A DNA stretch of 63,588 nucleotides, counting the filler, from Octopus bimaculoides (lineage: Eukaryota), in the NCBI RefSeq assembly GCF_001194135.2. It is 3 parts of 3 records of this genome, joined end to end, with 100 filler letters (N's around TTAATTAATTAA, not from the genome) between each part and the next. Parts side by side here need not be neighbours in the genome. Positions count along the whole stretch, not along the records: positions 31,490 to 62,158 come from NC_068983.1; 2 more parts are not named here. One strand, written 5' to 3'. This document shows positions 39,301 through 51,830 of this stretch, in pieces. Each line of letters opens with the position of its first letter. Position 1 is the first letter of the stretch. A model generated the notes under the pieces. The model did no database searches and had not been told where the DNA came from. It saw only the letters and a program-made list of their open reading frames with translations. The position numbers and the translations under genes were made by a program.

Positions 39301-40136
39301 ATTTTTAAGTTTCCAAACCCATCTCCTCCAAGCCGGTCTACTTGTGGGCATCCTTTTTGCCTTGATCCCGACGTCGCTAACTACTAATCTGTGTTGAGGG
39401 GTACATTCTTTGCCAGGGAAGGTTTTGGCATTTATAAGCCGCCCTCTTTCCCTATTTCTGGTGAGGATGTAGTTGATTTGGCTAGAGTGTCTGCCGGAAC
39501 GGTAGGTGACTAGGTGACAGGCAGGTTTCCTGAAGTTGGTATTGCAAACCATAAGATCGCTTGCATCAGAACTCCAGCGGTCTGGTTCCCTCCTCATTGC
39601 GGGAACCAAATCCATAGCCTCCATGAATGCCATGGAAGCCCCCTGCATGATGTCCAACATGACCATTGAAATCACCAGCCACAAAGGGAAGGTCCCTGTC
39701 ATTTGTCAATGAGGTAGTTTGCAGGAGGGTGTCGTAGAACTGGTCTTTCTGCCTATCCGGTAGCCCCAGTTGAGGAGCATAGGCCGAGATAATGGTAACT
39801 AACTTATGATGAAGCACTAGTCTAATCTTAAGTACTCTGTCACATATTCTGACTACCTCAATTACCTTATCCACCCATTTCTCTGCTAGGAGTATTCCCA
39901 CGCCCCGACCCCGTCAATGTTCCCTGCCCAGAATATCTTGTATCTGTGTTCTTTGCCTGTGAAGAACCTCGCGAAACCTCTTCTCTATCTTACTTCTTGG
40001 ATGCAGCACAAATCTACCCGTCTCCGTTCAAGCATCTCAACAATCTCACCAGACCTACCTTTCAGCGTGCTGACGGTGTGGGAGGAGTGGGTGTCGGAGG
40101 AGAGGGCCTGTGTGACCCTGGAATGGGGGAAAGCAG
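36308..40136 (-). mobile_element. Near full-length RTE LINE (APE endonuclease, RT, PHD-like finger, 3' UTR, (GAT)n tail), inactivated by stops and frameshifts
   Basis: TLKGRSGEIVEMLERRRVDLCCIQEVR, ISAYAPQ, GDFNGHVG, SQINYIL, NYRGIKLL, FVDMEKAFD, LLYADEL, WPCSICRKGVGRNSIRCTQCKLWTHK. Confidence 0.95.
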
Positions 40137-40833
40137 TTTATATATTTGTGTGTGTCTGTGTTTGTCCCCCACCACCACCACCACCACCACCATCCCTTGA
40201 TAACCAATGCTGGTGTGTTTATGTCCCCATAGCTTCACAGTTTGGCAAAAAGACCAATAGGATAAGTACTAGGCTTACATAAATAAGTCCTAGGGTCCCA
40301 TTTGTTCAATTAAAGGCTGTGCTCCAGCATGGCCACAGTCAAATGACTGAAACAAGTAAAAGAATAGTGAAGCCAAGTATTTTCATGAATACACTATTGA
40401 AATTTGTGCTGAAATTCTCATGAAAATATGAATATGTCATTTCAGCTGGTTTTGGGTAGTTTGGTAACAAAAGGGTTAAACGCTCATTGAAATATATGTA
40501 TCTACAGCAAACTAGCAAAACATTGAATGCTTACAATTGTTTCTCTTGCTTACAGCTAGAAATTTCACTTGCAGTTATGTAAATGCACTGATGCACACTG
40601 TTACTATGTAGTATCTAAAGATTTATTAGAAATATATAAAATTAATTCCTTTTTGTATTAGGTTTGCTTGATTCTTTATGTGAATTTGTGTGTTGAAACA
40701 AATTTTCTGTATCTTGAGAGTGTCATTATAATAATAATAATATGCACGGATTCAATTCCACTTATTGTTAGGCAATTGGTTAAATACCTAACCAGCCAAC
40801 TAACTAATCACTCATTTGTTTAATATACTGGTT

Positions 40834-41301
40834 AAACAATCCTTCAGCTGTTTGTTAGTCAAAGTTCTCTCATTGCTATTTGCAACCTTTTCAGTGACTT
40901 AATGACTTCCCTTTTTGCTCCAAGGTCTGCTATGAGTCTGTCTGAGAATTGGTCTGATGTCTCTGTCTATGCATGCTTGTATGTGTGCTTGCTTAGAAGA
41001 GGAAGTTAGGATGAGAGTAAACAAAGGGTTTGTGTGTGTGTGTGTGTGTGTGGTTGCATGTGTGCACTAGCCATCCATGACCTCTGTAAGTGTTTGGCCT
41101 TTTGTCCTTTTTGTTCTTGGTCAGTCTCTTGTTTGCTGAAGATTTATGGGTTTAGAGTGTGCATACACACTCAGACATAAGACCAATTCTCAGACAGACA
41201 CAGAGGAGATCTTGAAGTGAGTGGGAAAGTTACTAAGTTACTGAAAAGGCCACAAGCAGCAACAAGAGAACTTTGACTAACAAACAACTGATTGATTGTT
41301 T
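40834..41301. repeat. Imperfect inverted repeat, arms about 140 bp (40834-40976 and 41161-41301), fold-back or MITE-like
   Basis: tgtttgttagtcaaagttctct...tctgtctgagaattggtct pairs with agaccaattctcagacaga...agagaactttgactaacaaaca. Confidence 0.85.
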
Positions 41302-42278
41302 AATGAGCACATTAAGCAAACAATAAAGAAGTGAAATTGAACCTGTGCATGTGTTATTGTTGGCATAATGACTCTCCCAAGAAACAACAAAATAGAAAGA
41401 TTAATGTATATCATGTAACAGTCTAAATGTAATTTTTGTTTTTATTTGTTCTTTTAAATTTTGCTTCTACATTATCTTTTTAGATATTCTTGGTACACTT
41501 TAATTTCACATCTTTATGATTTGAAATATCTAGTTTAAGACATATGAGCATTATTGTGTGATAATAAGCTCCCACTATATTGTGTCTGTCTCAGTTTAAT
41601 TTCTGTTTTTCTGGTTGAAGAAGTCAAACCTTTGTCAATAAACTGGAGAAGGGGAATAACTGCTTAATTGACTTGTTCTTCACACTGTTGTTGCAGTCCA
41701 TATTTTATAGGGTTATAGAAGCACTGCTCAAAATAGTTTTCATGCAATGATACCTTGTGCATATCAGCCTGCTTTTTTTTTTTTTTTTTTAAACATCTAG
41801 AGGCTTTCTGTCAACTATATCCTTTAAACTTAGTAGTGATTTTGCATGGTCACAACATAGCATTTGTAGGATGCAAATTTTTGGCTATTCAGTTGGTAAA
41901 TTGACACCCTATTGATTTGTCCATCTGTACCATTTCTTTGACACACTGTATGATGGCAAAAGCCTCAGTACTATTCCCTATAACTCAAGTTGTAGGACAT
42001 TATTGATTTCATGTTTATAAATGCAAAAATTAGACTAAGTTAAAAAATAAATAATGGACAAAATGGAATAAGCAGAACAAGAGGAGACACATGGGACAAA
42101 GAGTTACTGATGGGTTCACAGAATGTGTGATGAAAGAAATTTGACAGATGTATAAACTAAAAATAATACAAATAGAAACTAAAGTGAAGGTCGAATAAAT
42201 AGTGTGTGTGTTTAATTGGCAAAAAACAAATGACCATCCACAAATATAAAAAAATAATTTTTCTTTCGATATTTCCAG

Positions 42279-42423
42279 CTAACACCATCACACCCACTGT
42301 TGAACTGAATGCCCTTGCAATGAAAAGGGGTGAACCAGCCATTTACAAAACATTTGAACATCGCCATCCATTTTATTCTCCCACACCCCACAACTATGAT
42401 TATAGAGGATATTACAATCAAAG
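42279..42423 (+). CDS. stau: Staufen exon: N-terminal half of dsRBD2 plus insertion loop (ANTITPTVELNALAMKRGEPAIYKTFEHRHPFYSPTPHNYDYRGYYNQR)
   Basis: ITPTVELNxLAMKRGEPAIY...YNQR is the Staufen signature. atttccAG and AG|GTACAG; phase 1 to 2. Confidence 0.97.
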
Positions 42424-42900
42424 GTACAGTTAAATGTAGATTTTCTTTCATTCAAAGACTTGATTTCTGGTGCGGTGTTACTTACATATTTTATAATTTA
42501 GTACTATAAAAAGTAAATCTAGGTAAATCCTTTTTCTTAATTTTAATTCTGATGTCTTCCACTCAACACTCTTTGTCCAAAGCATCTATTATGGTGTGCT
42601 TGTTCACATACTGATTCATGATAGTAAAAATGTGAAAAACTCCATCCTTGGTCATCTAAACACATGTTCGTTTCTTAGTTAGGGGGGAATCATTCTTAAT
42701 CAGCCACAATTCAAGCCATTTTTCAAAACTCTCACAACAAACCTTCTACTTGAGCATTAGAGGCTTTTCATATTTTTATGACAAAAAGTTAATTTTACAT
42801 TTGGTGAATAACTTCAAACTAAACAACACAGTATTTTTGGTTTATTTTTAAGGTTTGTTCAACATTTTTCAAACTTGTAAAAAATTATTCATACAGAATA

Positions 42901-43042
42901 GGCGCAGGCATTGCTGTGTGGTAAGAAGCTTGCTTCCAAACCACTTGGTTCTGGGTTCAGTCCCACTGCACCTTAGGCTGACCAAAGCCTTGTGAGTGGA
43001 TTTGATAGATAGAAACTGAAAGAAGTTCGTCATATATATATA

Positions 43043-43103
<61 letters not shown>

Positions 43104-43270
43104 CCATCACCACTTGACAACTGGTGTTGGTATATATTTACATCCCTGTAACTTAGCGGTTCAGCAAAAGGGGCTGGTAGAGTAAGTACCGGGTTTAAAA
43201 AATAAGTACTAGGGTCAATTCATTCAACTAAAATTTCAAGGCAGTCTAATGACTGAAACAAGTAAAAGAA
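42901..43270 (+). mobile_element. Dominant tRNA-derived SINE, CpG-decayed copy with an expanded internal (TA)n(TG)n
   Basis: ggcgcaggcattgctgtgtggtaagaagcttgcttcc...aatgactgaaacaagtaaaag. Confidence 0.9.
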
Positions 43271-44169
43271 AAAAGATAAAAGATGAATGTTGATAATTTA
43301 AGCAATATTGTTCTTCACTTCTTTTCATATTCAAGTATGCCATCATAACATTTCAAATGGCTTATAGTACTAGCTTCCCATATATCTTTGAATCAACTAG
43401 AGTCCTATCATAATCCCTGTTTTAATGTTGATTTTCTAATGCTAGAATGGTTTTCGCATGTCTTTTTGTTTCTATTTCAACTATGAAAACCAATGTTCTC
43501 AGATCAAACCTCACTTCTTCTGTTCATGGGTAAAGTCCATTGTTGGCTGAAAGCATATTTTCAACTCATGTTTTACATAATTTCATCCTAATGGTTTTGA
43601 AACTTTGAAAACAAAAAAAAAACCTTTCAAACTCAGATCACATAATTGTTATGACATCCTGCACCAGGGACAAAGGACTTATCGTATGTAATGCATGCAC
43701 TGCATGCCTTACTATTTTTCCAGGATAAGTAATTTCTGTATTATATAAATTATTGATAATTTTCACTATTCTCATTGTACTTGTATTTTTTTTTTTTTGT
43801 ATTTCCCATTCTTTCATTTGTTAGTATGAATTGTAAACAACTGATATTTAATAAGCATAAGTAAAGAAAATGCCTGTTTGCTTAGAAAAGAAGGAAAAGC
43901 AGTAAATATTTGCTTTCTTGCTCCCTCTTCAAAAGGAAGAGGGAATGTAAAAGAAAAAACAAATGAGTGGTCAAGAGAGAGAAAAACAGAGAAAGGCAAC
44001 TTTTTTTTTCTGCTTGCTTTTAGTCATTGTAAGTAAGAGAGTTCTATTATTCTTTTTGAGAAGGGAGTATCTAAAAGATAGACAAAACAAATGAGTGAGT
44101 AGTCAAGAGAGAGAAAGGCAGAGAAAAGCAAATTTTTTTACTGCTTGTTTTCTTGTTATGTTAAACCAG

Positions 44170-45650
44170 CAGACACACTGTTGACATATTTTCTCCTGAA
44201 GCACTGATGTTTTTACTCTAAGTTGATGGCTTGAATAGCCCTACTGGATGAAATTGTTAGGTGATTTCCAAAGTTATCTGAGACATGTTGGAATTATTCA
44301 TCTCAACAAGTATCCATTTTGTCTAAACAAAATTACTGTGTTTTCTAAGCTATTTTCAACTATATTAAAAAACCCAGAGGATTGGAGTGCTTCAGAATTA
44401 GCACAGGCAAGATGATTCATTGCAATCCTAGAAGATTTTCAGTTTAAATTAATTTTTTTTGATATTGAGTGGTTCAGAGATTCTGTTTTTAATTCTTCAA
44501 AAAAGTCTACTCGACATTTCAAGGTGCATTCGTGAGGTTGAAAACTTCAAAAAACAGTTGGTTGATACTGTTGCAGTAGGTGTAATTATTGTAATAATTG
44601 TGATGTGAGATTAGGCTGGCTACATATATTACAAACAGAAGCAAAACTCTTGAATATTTAACTTCAGATTTATTTAAAGGAAGGCTGAACATGAATACAT
44701 ACATAAATTGTCAAATCCTCACTGGTATAGAGACTAAGATATAGGGATCAACTTAACTGTGATTGCTAAACAATTAGTTATCTTCAAGATGCGAAACTGC
44801 TGAATCTTGTTGAAACTTTGTCCTTGATTTGTTTAGTTAGAGCTGAGTTGTGTTCTCTTTGAATGCCATGAGAGTTTTGGTAGGTATCCAGCACTAAACT
44901 GCTCAACTGGAGAAAAAGTGTAATTCTCAATAACACTTTAGGTAATGTTCTAACTGATATTATGATTTCCTGCAAACTGATGGGTTGAAAAAAAAAGGGG
45001 GTGGTGTTCATGTCAAGATTGCATGCCCCAACTGTGACTCATTACACTATCAAGAACAAATCTGAAGAATTTTACTGCTGAGTTATGGATGATGTTGCTG
45101 AACCACCAGAGAAATGTGGTTAACATCAAGAGCCAGAAGCTGTTTTAAGAACTTTCTTTAACAACCTTTTGCATGAAGTTATTGTTCACATTGAGCAAAA
45201 ATTTAAAACACCATTGTTTAAAATCTTTGATTTCAGATTTTTACCATCAAAAGTTTGGATGGAAGCATTTTCATTTTTGGATATCTATAAAAACATATTG
45301 AATGAGATTTTACAAAGCAAGTGTCAAACAACCAAGAAGTTGCTGACATAATATGGAAGCTTGAATTAAATCAAATCTGACCTAAGTAACAAAATTTTTA
45401 TGCCTGATTGTGACCATACCTGCCATATCTACTTCCCGTGAGAAACTACTTTCTTTATTAAAGCAAATAAATAATTATATGAAGTGTTCTCAAAGTGAAG
45501 AGGGATTGAGTAATTTGGTCTTCATTTCCATAAATGAAAACCTTATGAAGAAGATGAAAGTAGAGTGTGGTGCATTTACATTTTATACCAAAGTGGTCAA
45601 TGACTTTACCAAAAAGAAACAAAGAATTAAACTGATTTACAAATAAATTT
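44170..45650 (+). mobile_element. Old hAT transposase remnant with C-terminal dimerisation domain; a probable LINE fragment (-) interrupts it at about 44560-45060
   Basis: TIPAISTSREKLLSLLKQINNYMKCSQSEEGLSNLVFISIN matches the hATC pattern TIPxTSxSxERxFSxLKxIKxYLRSxxxxxRLSxLxxISI. The 5' boundary is approximate. Confidence 0.6.
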
Positions 45651-46040
45651 TATATAGCTCATTATTAGGTTTTATTATTTTCTCAGACTTCTCTTGTAAT
45701 CAATAACAGTCATCATAGCAAGCTTATTGCCAAGATATTGCTAATGGAGGAACATCAAGTCCAATGCAGAGTGGGTATCAAGCCCAAAGTGTGGCCTTTT
45801 GGTAGACATGCATTTTCTCACATTAAAATTAGTTCATATCACATTCATAGATGATGTTGGGTGTGAATGGCTTTTAGTGAGGGGAGAAATAGGCTCCACT
45901 ACCTCACTCTCAACCTTGGTGATTGTCCTGCATATTCTGTTTCCAAGTCACCATTCACCACCTAATTGTACCCCTATAATGAGATTATTTGTGCAAGTTA
46001 TCTTGTTATCAACTGATCATGAGAAATGTAGAGATTTGTA

Positions 46041-47257
46041 TCAGGTCATTAAGAATAAAATGTCCAATTTTTAACTGAAAGTTTATTTTACTTTGTCTCA
46101 ACAAAAAGCAATGCAGTTAATCAAAGTATGCACCTAAATTATCAACACATTTTTCCCATTTTATCAGTAGCTTATTTATGCTGGCAGTGAAGAATTTTGG
46201 AGAGCAAGAGATGATGAAATCACGAAAGGCTGTTTTGCATCTTCTTCATATTTGAAGTTTTTTTCTTGTGAAAAGTTGCCAAGAAAACATGATAGTCAGT
46301 TGGTGCAAGATCTGGTGAATATGGTAGATGGCAGAGTACTTCCAAGTTCAGTTCCTGTAACTGAGTAGTGTTCTTTGTACTACATATGGTCGAGCATTGT
46401 CTTGCAAGAGAATTGACCAATCTCAGTTGTTTAATTGCAAGTTCACTCATCATTTCATCCATTTGGTTGATGCATACATCTACTGTAATTGACTTACCAG
46501 GTCTCATGAAGCTGTAGTGGATGACACCAGTGCTGGACCACACAAACAGACACCATTAGCTTTTTTTTGGTGAATATTCTTTTTTGGATTGTGTTTTGGC
46601 ACTTCATCTCTATCTAACCACCGTGCAGAATGCTTGCTTTTGTTGAAAAGAATCCATTTTTCATCATACATTACAATATGATGCAAAAATGGTTTGCTTT
46701 TATGACGTGACAGCAAAGAACATCAAGTTTCAACATGATGTTTCATTTGATGCTTGTTCAGTTCATATGGTACTCGTCCAGCTTCTTTACCTTGCTGATT
46801 TGTTTCAGATGGTCCAATACAGTTGAAATCGAAACATCAAACCTACAGTTTCCAGCTCATCATTATCCACCTTGGTCTCAGGTCTACCACAGGGTTGATT
46901 TTCAAGAGTAAAATCCCCAGACCGGAACTTCTCAAACCATCGGCATACAGTGCACTCATTTGTCACATCTTCACCAAACACCTCATTGATGTTTGGAGCT
47001 GTCTGGGATGCATTGGTTCCACAATAGAACTCATATTCATAAACAACATGAAATTTTTATCTATCCATGGGTTTACAATAATTGATTTACATGAGAAAAC
47101 TCATAATATAATCAGACACCATGGATTGCATTTCAAAAAGTGATGATTTAATCCTTCAATGTTGTAAAATAAAGAATTGTCACAATAAAGTATTAAAGTT
47201 AACGACTGTCAAACTTGGTGCATAAGAAAATCAGGCATTTAACTCTTAATGACCTAA
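46041..47257 (-). mobile_element. Full-length decayed mariner with TIRs and TA TSD, in a staufen intron
   Basis: TA-t(c/t)aggtcattaaga ... tcttaatgacctaa-TA; fragments FLHHIVMYDEKWILF, WSSTGVIHYSF, LPYSPDLAPTDYH. Confidence 0.95.
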
Positions 47258-47769
47258 TAGATTGTTCATACAATTCTGTATTTCTGAAATGAGGACTTTT
47301 TGTATTACATATTAATTGTGGAGTGGTGTTCCCATCTTGGTTATTTGTTAAACTACATTTATTTCATATGTTTTGCTGAAAAACATATACAGAAATATTA
47401 ACAAATTTCAAGCTTTATGAAGGGTCTTTCTCATGAGCAATTGTTAGATTATTCTGTAAATCATAGCTCTTAAAGTGTTGATATGAACTACATATGATAT
47501 TCTTACATATTTTGATTTTCCTTCATGCTACTTTTTGATAATTCTTCAGTTTATATCAACTTTTTAAAAATCATATCCTTTGTCAATATGAATTCTTCTT
47601 AGAACTTGGGAATGAATCCCAAGCTATTTTATTTCTCTGCAGTTGTACAGATTCATTAATAGTTAAAAATGTAGCTGAAAGATATCTTTGAGTTTAATGG
47701 AAATTATAGCAGTTTCCGGCAATTATTTATTGAAATCTTAAAATATACTCCTTTTGATTTTATTTGTAG

Positions 47770-47960
47770 GTATCATTTCCCCAGGGTTTCTAAAATGAGT
47801 TATGTCTCTCTAAAAGTTGGTCATCATGAATTCAGTGGTGAAGGTTTAACCCGCCAAGCTGCCCGGCATAACGCTGCTGCTAAAGCACTTCAAGTCTTGC
47901 ACAATGAACCAATTGTTAACACAAAAAAGAAAGAAGTTATTGAGGAATCAAACACTGAAG
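47770..47960 (+). CDS. stau: Staufen exon: C-terminal half of dsRBD2 plus linker (YHFPRVSKMSYVSLKVGHHEFSGEGLTRQAARHNAAAKALQVLHNEPIVNTKKKEVIEESNTE)
   Basis: EFxGEGxTRQAARHNAAxKAL signature. tatttgtAG and GAAG|GTATTT; phase 2 to 1, in frame with both neighbours. Confidence 0.97.
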
Positions 47961-48732
47961 GTATTTCCATGTGACAATCATTACCAGATTGTAATTCTAA
48001 CTTTCCTTTGTTTATCTGTATGTCTGCATGTTAAATGTCATGATATATTGTAACTGAAGCTACGCTATGGCTGAAGTCAGTAGTTACTGGCACCAAGCAA
48101 TTTATTTATGTAAGCCAGTTCTTAATTCATTTACCTCTTACCTCTGTATATATAACTGGGAAAGTTGCCTATGTTAGATAGGTTAGTATTTTATTCAAGA
48201 AGATATTTGACTTCTCTCTACTTAATGCTTCAGAAACAATTTAAAGTATGATCCATTGGTATCTACGCAGATTAATTTCAGTGGCAGTGAAGCTAATGTC
48301 ACCATTAGAAAACAAGCATTAAGATGTTTATAAGGATAATGATAATAAATGTTTCTAACATAAACACAAGACCAAAAATTTATCAAGTGGGGTGTAGTTG
48401 ATTATACTGCCCCCGTTACTACCTGGCTGGTATTTTATTTTATCAGTCCTGGAAGGATTAAAAACAAAGTGTACTTTAGAATGGTTTTAACTCAGAATGT
48501 GAATGGCTGAAGCTAAACACTTACAAGACATTTTTGCCTGGCGTTGTTGAATATTTTTAACCATAGACTAATGAATTAAACTCCTTATTCTGATCTGAAA
48601 CATATCTCAGCCCAACTCATCTGTTATGAGTTCTCTTTCTTTACCTGCTTTTGTGAACTTGCATTGTTATATTCCAAAGTGACACTGGAAGTAGATTCTG
48701 TAGAAGCAGTAAAATTAATCATGTAAATATAT

Positions 48733-48932
48733 TGGTTTTAAATTTTGGCACAAGGCCAGCAAGTTCAGGGGAGGAGGTAAGTCAATTACTCAGCTGGTAC
48801 TTATTTTATTGACCCCACAAGGATGAAAGGCAAAGTCGACCCTAGCAGAATTTGAACTCAGAGTGTACAGACAGACAAACTGCTGCTAAGCATTTTGCCT
48901 GACATGCTAACAATTCTACCAGCTCACTGCTT
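48733..48932 (-). mobile_element. tRNA-derived SINE with a Nin/Deu-like central domain; further copies at about 1950-2095, 48370-48550, 62860-63037
   Basis: Reverse complement contains 'gcctttcatcctt..ggggtc.ataaaataagtaccag' after an A/B-box head. Confidence 0.75.
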
Positions 48933-49046
48933 GATATTAATCATATAAATATATTTAAAAACAAACTGATTTTAACACAAAGTAATAAATATTTAGATTC
49001 CTGTCTCGAATCTTTTATGATTTAAGTTTTTTATTTCCCTATGTAG

Positions 49047-49123
49047 ATAAAGACCAATTAAAATCTGAAATTAGTCTAGTCCATGAAATAGCTTTAAAGC
49101 GTAATTTGACAGTCTCTTTTGAG
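49047..49123 (+). CDS. stau: Staufen exon: start of dsRBD3 (DKDQLKSEISLVHEIALKRNLTVSFE)
   Basis: KSEISxVxEIALKRNLxVxFE signature. ttccctatgtAG and GAG|GTAAGT; phase 1 to 0. Confidence 0.97.
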
Positions 49124-50083
49124 GTAAGTTGACTTTATCTAAAGTGTTTGTAACCATTTGATGCTGGGACTTTTGAAAATAAAATTACAATTTCTGGAAA
49201 AAAATCTTAAATGTATCTTAAATATACAAACACACACACACACACACCCTAAATTTCAAATGTCTGTTAAACTCTGTTATGAGTTGTTATCCTCAGAGTG
49301 CTATCAAAAACTAAAGTTAAAAAATTAATGCATACTGTTATTATTAGGTATACACACCAAAAATTCCTACTTAATTGCTCAGAATATCTATCTGTCTATC
49401 ACTTTGTATCTGTCTTAATGCTCTTGCCTCCATGGCATATTGGATAACTTTTAGTATTCACATATACATGCACACACACACAAAAGTTATACTTAAAAAT
49501 ATCTTAACCAATTTCATAAATACAGAAAAATTTGTGTGTGACACTAAATTAGATGCTAATCTCTCTGCTGGCTGTTGAACTACTGCTAAATTAAATCCAA
49601 ATGCTATGGGATATGAAAAGAGGCTAGATTGCTAAGCTCATTCATTATCATCATCATCGTTTAATATCTGTTTTCTATGCTGATATTTGTTGGACAGTTT
49701 GACATGGAACTGGGAGCTGTTCAGACTACAATTGTCTGTTGTGGCATGGTTTTTATGACTAGATGCCTTCCTAACACCAACCACTTAAGAGAGTGTGCTG
49801 GGTGCTTTTTTACATGCCACCGGCATGGTTGTGTTTATGCAGCGCCAGTACAAGTGCTTTTTATTTGACACCTGAAAGGACAAGCCTGTATGTGTGAAAG
49901 ACAGTGATTTTACTTAGTCTTATCAAGTACAGGTAAATCCCAATATCCTTTTGCAGAATTTCAAGAAATTCAGATTATTTAACAACAAAAAAATGCATAG
50001 AGAAAATTATATCTTAATATAATAAAGACCTCTCCTTATTATGTCAACAGTTGTTTTTATTGCATTAGCATATATGATATGTG

Positions 50084-50170
<87 letters not shown>

Positions 50171-50849
50171 GCATGTACATATATATATAGAAAATATCAT
50201 TAAAATTAATATTAACATCCTTGTAAATATATGTTAACACAATGTTATCAAGGCTATCCAAAATTAGCGAAATTCAAATTGAACATCTTGAAATATTACC
50301 AGTTAATAAATGCTAACAAAAAGGTTGTCCAAATTGAAGGTTACACAATCTGTGTCTGCATGTAAAAATTATGCTATTACATTCATTGAGACAGTCAGTG
50401 GATTGCATAATAAATAAGACTTCAGTTATGCCAAGATCTCGCTTGTTGTTATAGCTGGTATATGGTTTAGCATGGATGACTATGGATCACTTTAAAGTGT
50501 AAGAAATTGATTTGTTCTTGAGTTTATGGACAAGCTGAGAAGACCTACTGCTGGATTTTGCTTGGGACTTGAAGCTGGAATAGTGGTTGCCCACTCTAGC
50601 TTTCAAGGTGGTGCTGCAGAAGTTTATGTATACATATAGTTACAGTTGACAGCTGCTACTGTGCATTTGTAAACAATGTTTTTAGTAATACAGCAATTAT
50701 CTAAGGGGCAGGAGTTTGGGCACCTGAAGCTGCATAGGTTCATAGGGGGTGTTCTGGATGAATTTGTGAGATGATTGTTATTTAGTGAAGGACCAGTGTT
50801 AGATTCATTTTCACTAGTGGCATTAAAAATGGTATTTTTTCAAAAGTTG

Positions 50850-51830
50850 TAACGAACGTTGGTGGGGTTGTAAATTATGATAGTTTTCATGTCTGATAAT
50901 ATCGTCTACATTGTTCTTTATTTGTTCTATATAGTTAGGCCTTGAGGTAAGTTTAAGGATCAGGTGTTAGTAATGGAATTGTAGTAGGAAGTTTGAGAGT
51001 TAGTATTGGTAAGTGGGTTTATTGATGTTCTGGATTTATATTTATGGAGCTGAGGTTAGGGTGAGTTATGTTATTAGAGTGGATATAAGCATGTTGTGAG
51101 TTTCTGGGATTCTTCTTGTTAAAATGTCAGATTACTCTGGCATTGTTAGTGGTGATGGAGTAAAAGTTTTATAGATTGGGGGTTAAAGATTTTTCTAAGG
51201 GAGCTGGATTTAGGGAAATGTTTTTCAAGTAAAGCAAAGAGTTTAGGTACCCAGGTCTGAAGATTAAGGGTGAAGTGTGAGTGGAACCAGATAACGTCAC
51301 AGGTTTTTATTCATTTATTCCAATTAGTGAGGTTATTAGAGTGTGGATAGAGCTTTGAAGATGCGTGCTGGTGTCAATTTTGGTGGGTTGTGACGTAGTT
51401 AGAATTTGGAATCATCTGGTGGTAGGATTGTCTATTAGGCCATCTACTATTTTGAAATTTGGACGGATTACATGCTCTATTTTTTTGAGTGGTGGGGCAG
51501 AACTGTTTTTGGTTCTGGGTTTAGTGGAGAGAGGACTATTCCACATATTGATATATTTAATTGAATTTTTATAACTGATATGTTATAGGGCACAATTATA
51601 ATATTCTGTGTATTAGTCAGATATTTCTTTATTAGCAGATAGTGAGGAAATCCGATAGAAAATGCTCTCTACGATAGATTTTTAGGATTGGTGACTGATA
51701 GTTGGAGGAAAAGTTGATGTAGTTGAGGTTCTTGCCAGGTTTGTGGTATGGGTAGAAGGTATGGATTTGTAAGTCTAGGATGACGTCTAAGAAATTAGCA
51801 GTTTTTTTCAATTTTTATCTTTCCTTACCC
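50850..51830 (-). mobile_element. Decayed Penelope-like element: RT C-terminus and linker
   Basis: NFLDVILDL..FYPYHKP...INFSSN and DVIWF...LLEKHFPKSSSLRKIFNPQSIK. Confidence 0.8.

Noticed and set aside
43955-44160. Direct repeat of about 70 bp with period about 130 in a staufen intron
   Set aside because: Purine-rich, low complexity and diverged; no functional indication.
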